A DNA stretch of 64,000 bases from Hemiscyllium ocellatum (lineage: Eukaryota), in NCBI RefSeq assembly GCF_020745735.1, contig NC_083435.1, positions 36,109,090 to 36,173,089 on the forward strand, read 5' to 3'. The notes beneath the pieces were generated by a model. The model did no database searches. It was not told the origin of the DNA and saw only the letters and a program-made list of their open reading frames with translations. Within the stretch, counting starts at the first letter, position 1. Each line of letters starts with the position of its first letter. This document shows, one piece after another, positions 57,700-64,000 of the stretch. Position numbers and translations under genes: made by a program.

Positions 57700-59500
57700 A
57701 TACAGTTCACAAAAAATATTCCTCAACAAAACTGCTCCTTGCAGTCTGTCCCACTTTCTCCTGAAGCCGTCCCACCTGGTGTGGGCACAAGTTGGTGATC
57801 TTGGTTGTTTGAGTGAAAGCTGCTTCTTGTTCCTGCCCCAGTACCACTGGCCCTCCTCAGGACTGAGCTTGGACATTGGTTCACAGTCTCATGACAAATT
57901 AGACAAGAACTTTCCGGTGTGGTTTATGTGACCAACACAACACTGCACACTTCTCACATCTGTTCATCCCCATGTCTTTGTTACAGCTCTCACCTTGTCA
58001 GGATCAGGGTGAAGTCCTCTCACTATCGAACATTTCCCGTGCACTCGACTTCAGTTTCCTTCACCTCTTCCTTTTTCAGCTTCCGCTTCATCTGTCAGGA
58101 CCCCTCCACAGTCACATTACATTTTAATCAGAAACTGTGTAATGGCTTCTTTCACTGTCTTTCACATCTATATATGAGCAGCTAATCCACAATAATATCC
58201 ACTGTCAGAAGATCCCTGATGTTCTCATGCTGCCTGCTTTGATGCTGTTCTGGAACAATCATTGAAATCCTTTGGATCGATGCAGACTCTCAGATTTCCA
58301 GGTGTTTTTTTTCCCCATGGCCGCGATGCTGCAAATGCATTCTGTAGGAGTTGTCCCTTTCTTGATAACTACCTTTTTTTCCACAGCTTGACTATCGGTG
58401 GGTGGCATGGTGGCACAGTGGTTAGCACTGCTGCCTCACAGTGCCTGAGACCCGGGTTCAATTCCTGCCTCAGGCGACTGACTGTGTGGAGTTTGCACAT
58501 TTTCCCCATGTCTGCATGAGCACCCTTCGGGTGCTCCAGTTTCCTTCCATAGTCCAAAGATGTGCAGGTAAGGTGAATTGACCATGCTAAATTGGCCTTA
58601 GTGTTAGGTAAGGGGCAAATGGGGCAATGTAGACATATGGGTGGGTGGCGGGTCGGTGTGGACTTGTTGGGCCGAAGGGCCTGTTTCCACATTGTAAGTA
58701 ATCTAATCTATCTTTCCTTTCAGGTTGGACAGGAGGGCAGCTGGATCTCTCCTCAGCAAATGCTGCACTGGTCTCACACTCTCATCCTCTTTGAGATGAT
58801 ATGTGTTGCCAATCTAAGCTTTAGACTTGCTTCAGCTGGGATGAATGGATTGTTACTCGATGTCTACAATCTGGATCTGCTGGTCTCTATTGTGACAATC
58901 ACATTGGATTTTCAGCTTCATTTGTCCTCTTGGGAAGAGTGAGGTTTCATTAGGTGGTCTCAAATTTACCTTTGATGGATTCATTTTCAGGTCATCAAAT
59001 AGAGCCACTTCACACTGTGTCTGTGAAGATTATGATGTTGCATGAATCACTGGCGCCTGTCTGACAGTTCACATTCACCTGATGCTCTCCTTCTGCAGTC
59101 ATCATTCTAACAATAACAAACCATTTGTTACCTTGAGACCCAGTGATACTGACAGGTTATATGGTTTAGAATGACCCGTTTAGAATCACCATCTGACACG
59201 TCTCCAGCAATAATCAGTTTGGGCCTGCTTTTCCTCTTTTCAGCTGAAGACTTGTGTTTAAACTGAATCAGATTCTTGCAGGTAGACCATAAATTCCCCA
59301 ACACTTGATGTCCTTCCTTTTCTTTGCTGTGTTGTCCTCTACAACATTTACATCCTGTACACTGGGGCTTGATGTTTCTGCTGGCCCTTCAGCTAATGTT
59401 TCTTCTTGTTTTTCCCATTATGCTGTTTTTGTTTACCGGGACAGAGTCTCAGCATAATGCAAAACCTTGTCTTTGTCCGTTAATCCTCTCCAGCTTTGAT
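57700..59500 (-). mobile_element. Highly degenerate Gypsy pol relic
   Basis: Reverse complement gives GNLRVCIDPKDFN, LHPDPDKVRAV and GKFLSNLS...CEPMSKL...WYWG. Interrupted by the SINE at 58398-58715. Confidence 0.6.
58398..58715 (+). mobile_element. HE1-like SINE
   Basis: ggtggcacagtggttagcactgctgcctcacag (A-box) and gggttcaattcc (B-box), followed by a CR1-like tail. Confidence 0.88.
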
Positions 59501-59829
59501 TGACAACCTCAGAGCTTCTGCACACGGCAATAGATTTCTCGAGCAAGTTTCTCCTCTCTCAGAAGCTGCGCTGTCATGGTGGGACCTTTCAAAAGACATT
59601 CTTATCTCCAACAAGATTAGCTTCTATTATCCAGACTCTGAGATTCCAGCCAGATACCTCAATGCCATCACCGTACTGATCCATATCCTTTGTCTCCTTC
59701 AGGGATCTGATGTCCAGCACAGCTCCGTTCTGTGTAATCAGTAATGGAGTGCTCAAAAAATAGCTTCAAGGCTTTCAAAATGTCTCCAGCCTGATGTTTC
59801 TGTCCCCAGTGAGGTCTAGAATGTAGACC

Positions 59830-61260
59830 AGCTTGTAGCTGGAGCTTGGGCCTGATGGGATGCATCCCAGCGTATTCAAGGAAGTAGCCAAAGAGATAGT
59901 TGATGCATTGAATCTTCTGGAAATTATCCGATTCTGGAAAAATCCCAGAGGATTCAAAATCCGCCACTTTTACTTAAAAAAGAAAGGAAACAAAAAATGA
60001 TAACTTTTGGCTGGTCAGTTTGATGCCTGTTATTGGGAAAATGAATCTAGAAATAAACAGCATGACCAAGCAGAATCAGCATGGCATTGTGAAGGGGAAA
60101 TCCTGCCTGAAAAATAAATAAAACTCTTTGAGGAAGGAACAAGCAAAATAGATACAGTGGAAGCAGTGGGTGAACTGTCTGAATTTTTGATAATTGCCCA
60201 TATATGAGGCTACTCAATAAGATAAGAGCCCATGATGGTGGAGGTAGTATATTAGTATTGACTGAGGATTAGCAAAGGAATTAAAGAGAGAGAGTTCCAA
60301 TCAAGGCAGCGTTTTCACAATAGCAGCCTGGAACTAGTGCCACAGGGATCAGTGTTGGGGCCATAACTATTTACCAAAGGTATTAATGACATGGAAGAGA
60401 AAAGTGAATGTAATACAGTCTGGTTTGAGGATGATACAAAAAGATGTGGGATGGCAAGTGATGAAGATGACATGAAGTGTCTGCAGAGGGATATAAAGAG
60501 GTTGACTGAATGGGCCAACACTTGGCAGATGGAATGTACTGTGGGAAAATGTAGGTTATGCACTTTGTCAGGACAAACACAGGGACTGAATATCATTCAA
60601 ATGGAGAAAGCCACAGGAAAGAGGGATTTCAGAGTCTTCAGCCCTGAATCACAAAAAGCCAGTGTTCAGGTTCAGCCGGAAGGCAAATGGAACGTTGGCC
60701 TTGACTTCAAAAGGATGGAGTGTAAAAGTAAGGAGGTTTTGTAAAAACTATAGATGGCACTGGTCAGACCCAGTGGGAAGACGGTGACCAGGTTTGGGCC
60801 CTTTATCTAAGGAAGGATATCCTGGTAGTGAGGGCAGTCTGAAGAAGGTTCACTCGGCTGCTCCCAGATATGGAGGTTCAGTCTGATGGGGAGAGCTTGA
60901 GTAGATTAGCCTGTACTCATTGGAACATAGAAACATGAGAGGTGGCCTTTCCCCAGAGGAGGGGAGTCCAAAACTAGAGGATAGAGGGATAAGAGGGGAA
61001 AGATTTAAAGGGAGCTGAGGGGCCAGTTTTTCACACAAGGAGTGGTGGGTACATGGAACCAGCTGCCAGAGGATGTGGTAGCAGTGAGTACAATTACAAT
61101 ATTCAAAAGACATTCGGACAGGTACATGGACAGGAAAGGTCGAGGGGAATACAGGACAAACACAGACAAATGGGATTAATCTAGTTTAGGAAACCTGGTG
61201 GCGGGCATGGACGAGTTGGGCTGAAGGGTCTGCTTCTATGCTGTATGTTTCTACAACTCT
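59830..61260 (+). mobile_element. Fragmented CR1 LINE 3' portion
   Basis: SPGPDGMHPSVFKEVA-like start, vpqgsvlg remnant, LQRDIKRLTEWANTWQME, and CR1 tail at ~61200-61260. Confidence 0.8.
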
Positions 61261-61949
61261 GACTCCAGGCCTGCTCTAGAAGTAACTCCCAGACCATGGG
61301 CCCTTCAGGATCTCACTCTGGAGCTCAGGGACACCTGGTACTGCCTTGCATCAGCCAGGTCACTGTGTGCAGGGATAAACAGTACCTTCCATACCCAGAC
61401 AGACTGACCTTAATACATAACGCTGGATACAGGGGGAAATGTACAAGTTTAAACGGATGCAAAGAGGGTTGCATCCACCCGGATAGAGATGAGAGTTCAG
61501 GGTCTCACATGACCAGCTTTTATAATTGGATAGGGATCACTGTCCTTTCTAATGAAGAGTGGGAGCGGGGCTGTCGGATGGAGAATGAGGATTTCCCTCC
61601 CATTTCAGCTGCAGCACACGGTCTGTGCTTTCACCTCCTGGAGCGATCCCCGTTCCTGATGTGGGCAGCGTCTCAAACCTGCAGCTCTTGGTGTCAAACC
61701 CCTGTGTGTCTGCCTTTCAGTCTCCCGGTAACTGGTGACACTCTCACGGTTTCACATTTAATTGGGTGTTTTTTTCTGATACGAACCAATCATTCCCCTC
61801 TCTGTTTGAGTTGGAGGAAGTGATCAAATTTCCATCCAACTTGCAGAATGGACTCACTACAGACGTTTTTCTTTGTCATTTCCAGTCCATTATCAGCAGC
61901 TTTTACCCCAATCCGTTTTTGATGGGAATAGGGAGAGTGGATTCCCAGA

Positions 61950-62001
61950 ATGTGGCTGATCCTTCTCTCCATCTCCCTGTGTTTTTCCCGGGTCTCTCCC
62001 G
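61950..62001 (+). CDS. Gene 3 exon 1: signal peptide MWLILLSISLCFSRVSP
   Basis: ATG at 61950 and G|gtaagt at 62001/62002. Intron 1 is homologous to gene 1 intron 1. Confidence 0.83.
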
Positions 62002-62730
62002 GTAAGTACATAATTCAGCTTTCCATTCTCTCTCTCTCTCTGTGTCTGGGGTGAATGTGAGTCTCTTGGGGAGAGTTTGAAATGGAGATGTTTGATCAGC
62101 CCCCTGTTATACAGCCAGCCTGATCTTTTACACATTGAAGGCAGCACAGTCTGGGAGACTCTGATGGGATTTGTGTCCAGGTCTCCTGACAGCAGGATGT
62201 AGAAACCCCGAGATCAGAGAAACTCCGAGAAAATGGGAAATGGTTCCAATGGAGAATTTTAATTTTCACATCGATTGGGAGAAGCCAAACAGCTTCATCA
62301 TTCCTGGTCTAAAGTCTTGTAAATACTGCGGGGAGGGGAAGGAGACTCCATGTCTAACCCAGCCCAGGCTCAGCTGTGATGCCCTCATGGTTGAATAGGT
62401 CGGGTTATCTCAGACACCAACATCCTACTGGCCGTGTATAAAGGGCTGATTAAAAAGCTCAGTGAAGGACAGTGGGGATCCTGTTCGGGATTGTCCATCC
62501 CCCTGTTTGACAGAGAGACTGTTCACACAGTGACTGTCCCCTATGGTCTCACACTCCATCCTCCCAAATATTCCTGTTTCTCTTCATTTCAATCTGGATT
62601 CACTCACCCCACACCTTTCCTGGTTATGGATAAACCTGCCCTCGGATTATCCTGAATTCCTCCCTCCAGATAGACCAAGGGCAGGAGAGTCTTCCCAATG
62701 TCCTTTTTCAGTCTATCCTGGGACATTGCT

Positions 62731-63140
62731 CCAGGTTAGTGATAGACCGGGTTTGTCCCAGGCTGCTATCCAGGTTAGTGATAGACCGGGTTTGTCCCTG
62801 GCTCCTGCTCCAGGTTAGTGATAGACCGGGTTTGTCCCAGGCTACTATCCAGGTTCGTGATAGACCGGGTTTGTCCCAGGCTACTATCCAGGTTAGTGAT
62901 AGACCGGGTTTGTCCCTGGCTATTGCTCCAGGTTAGTGATAGACCGGGTTTGTCCCAGACTACTATCCAGGTTCGTGATAGACCGGGTTTGTCCCAGGCT
63001 ACTATCCAGGTTAGTGATAGACCGGGTTTGTCCCTGGCTATTGCTCCAGGTTAGTGATAGACCGGGTTTGTCCCAGACTACTATCCAGGTTAGTGATAGA
63101 CCGGGTTTGTCCCTGGCTACTGCTCCAGGTTCGTGATAGA
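62731..63140 (+). repeat. 39/40-bp minisatellite with 118-bp higher-order structure, gene 3 intron 1
   Basis: ccaggtt starts at 62731, 62770, 62810, 62849, 62888, 62928, 62967, 63006, 63046, 63085 and 63125. Confidence 0.95.
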
Positions 63141-63231
63141 CTGTGTACCAGGTTACTGTTGCAAATTAGTGATTAATCTGTTTAACATTCCTGTCCCAGC
63201 CTCTTCCCTGCGTCCACACTGACTCCATTAA

Positions 63232-63525
63232 GGTTAGATTAGATTCCCTAAAGTATGGAAACCGGCCCTTCGGCCCAACAAGTCCACACCGACCCTCCGA
63301 AGAGCAACCCACCCAGTCCTATTCCCCTACATCTGACACTACGGGCAATTTAGCATGGTCAATTCACCTCACCTGCACATATTTGGACTGTGGGAGGAAA
63401 CCGGAGCACCCAGAGGAAACCCACACAGACACAGGGAGAATGTGCAAACTCTGCACAGTCACCTGAGGCGGGAATTGAACCCGGTCCCTGGCACTGTGTA
63501 ACCACTGAACCACCGTGCCACCCCA
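63232..63525 (-). mobile_element. HE1-like SINE, absent from the homologous gene 1 intron
   Basis: Reverse-complement A/B boxes. Gene 1 reads ccatcgagtatctgagtg uninterrupted at ~11890-11910. Confidence 0.85.
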
Positions 63526-63745
63526 AGTATCTGAGTGATCCTGATTCTGTGTTTACTCCCTGTTCTGAGAGGCTGCAGCAGCTAATTCTGTCCCAGTTGT
63601 GTCTGATTCGCTTTATGACATCAGACAGGACTCTGACAGTCTGATGAAGTGGTGGACTATGGGAGATAGTCACTGTGTAGATGGGTCCTTAGACAGATTG
63701 TAGTCCATGTAAATAGCTAGTAACCTGTCTCTTGTCCTTTTACAG

Positions 63746-64000
63746 ATGCTAACACATTTTCAGTGATCTTCACAGCAGTCTCTGGCATTTATGATATGCC
63801 TGAGGTTATTGGGATTGCAATGGTCAATGGAATCCAGATTGATTATTTTGACACCAAACTCAATCAGACCGTCCCTAAATTGCAGTTCATGGCAGACACT
63901 TTTGGTGTTGAATACTGGAAATATATCACAAGTCTCGTGAAGACACGATCAGACATTGCAAAGCAGGTTCTGGATACAATGATGAAAAGTACAAACCAGA
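63746..64000 (+). CDS. Gene 3 exon 2: alpha1 (partial, runs off the window; not in the ORF track)
   Basis: tttacag|AT GCT AAC... encodes DANTFSVIFTAVSGIYDMPEVIGIAMVNGIQIDYFDTKLNQTVPKLQFMADTFGVEYWKYITSLVKTRSDIAKQVLDTMMKSTNQ. The expected end is 64006. Confidence 0.9.

Noticed and set aside
61296-61823. 175-aa ORF upstream of gene 3
   Set aside because: No recognisable domain, no paralogous frame upstream of genes 1 and 2, and no splice support.
62731-63140. Possible CRISPR-like arrays (also 43645-43952 and 55130-55800)
   Set aside because: Contiguous tandem units with no unique spacers, in a vertebrate genome with no cas genes; these are minisatellites.

Overview
This is vertebrate genomic DNA, most likely from a shark (inferred from HE1-type SINEs, HER1/CR1, Rex1, Tx1, Penelope and Gypsy repeats). 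The core of the window is a tandem + strand array of nonclassical MHC class I-like heavy-chain genes, which the ORF track only shows as fragments. I read four members from the splice sites: the terminal exon of an upstream paralog (gene 0, 1801-1811); two complete 7-exon genes (gene 1, 11026-20750, 343 aa; gene 2, 37335-55077, 339 aa); and the leader plus alpha1 exon of gene 3 (61950 to the window end). Both complete genes lack both alpha2 disulfide cysteines (C101/C164), lack several peptide-anchor residues and carry an unpaired Cys in alpha1. They keep the N86 glycan site, beta2m-contact motifs and a 33-bp Tyr-containing cytoplasmic exon matching HLA exon 6. Between the two genes, leader, alpha3 and cytoplasmic exons are near-identical while alpha1/alpha2 are only about 52%/63% identical. 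Other features: a ~7.6-kb segmental duplication upstream of genes 1 and 2, inverted dead class I promoter/leader relics, three dead copies of a signal-peptide exon from an unidentified gene, a relic alpha1 pseudo-exon, and several paralog-specific minisatellites. Most remaining sequence is fragmented transposons. Lineage assignment (possibly the shark UEA/UCA-type nonclassical family) cannot be verified here. All alignments were done by eye, and repeat boundaries are approximate.
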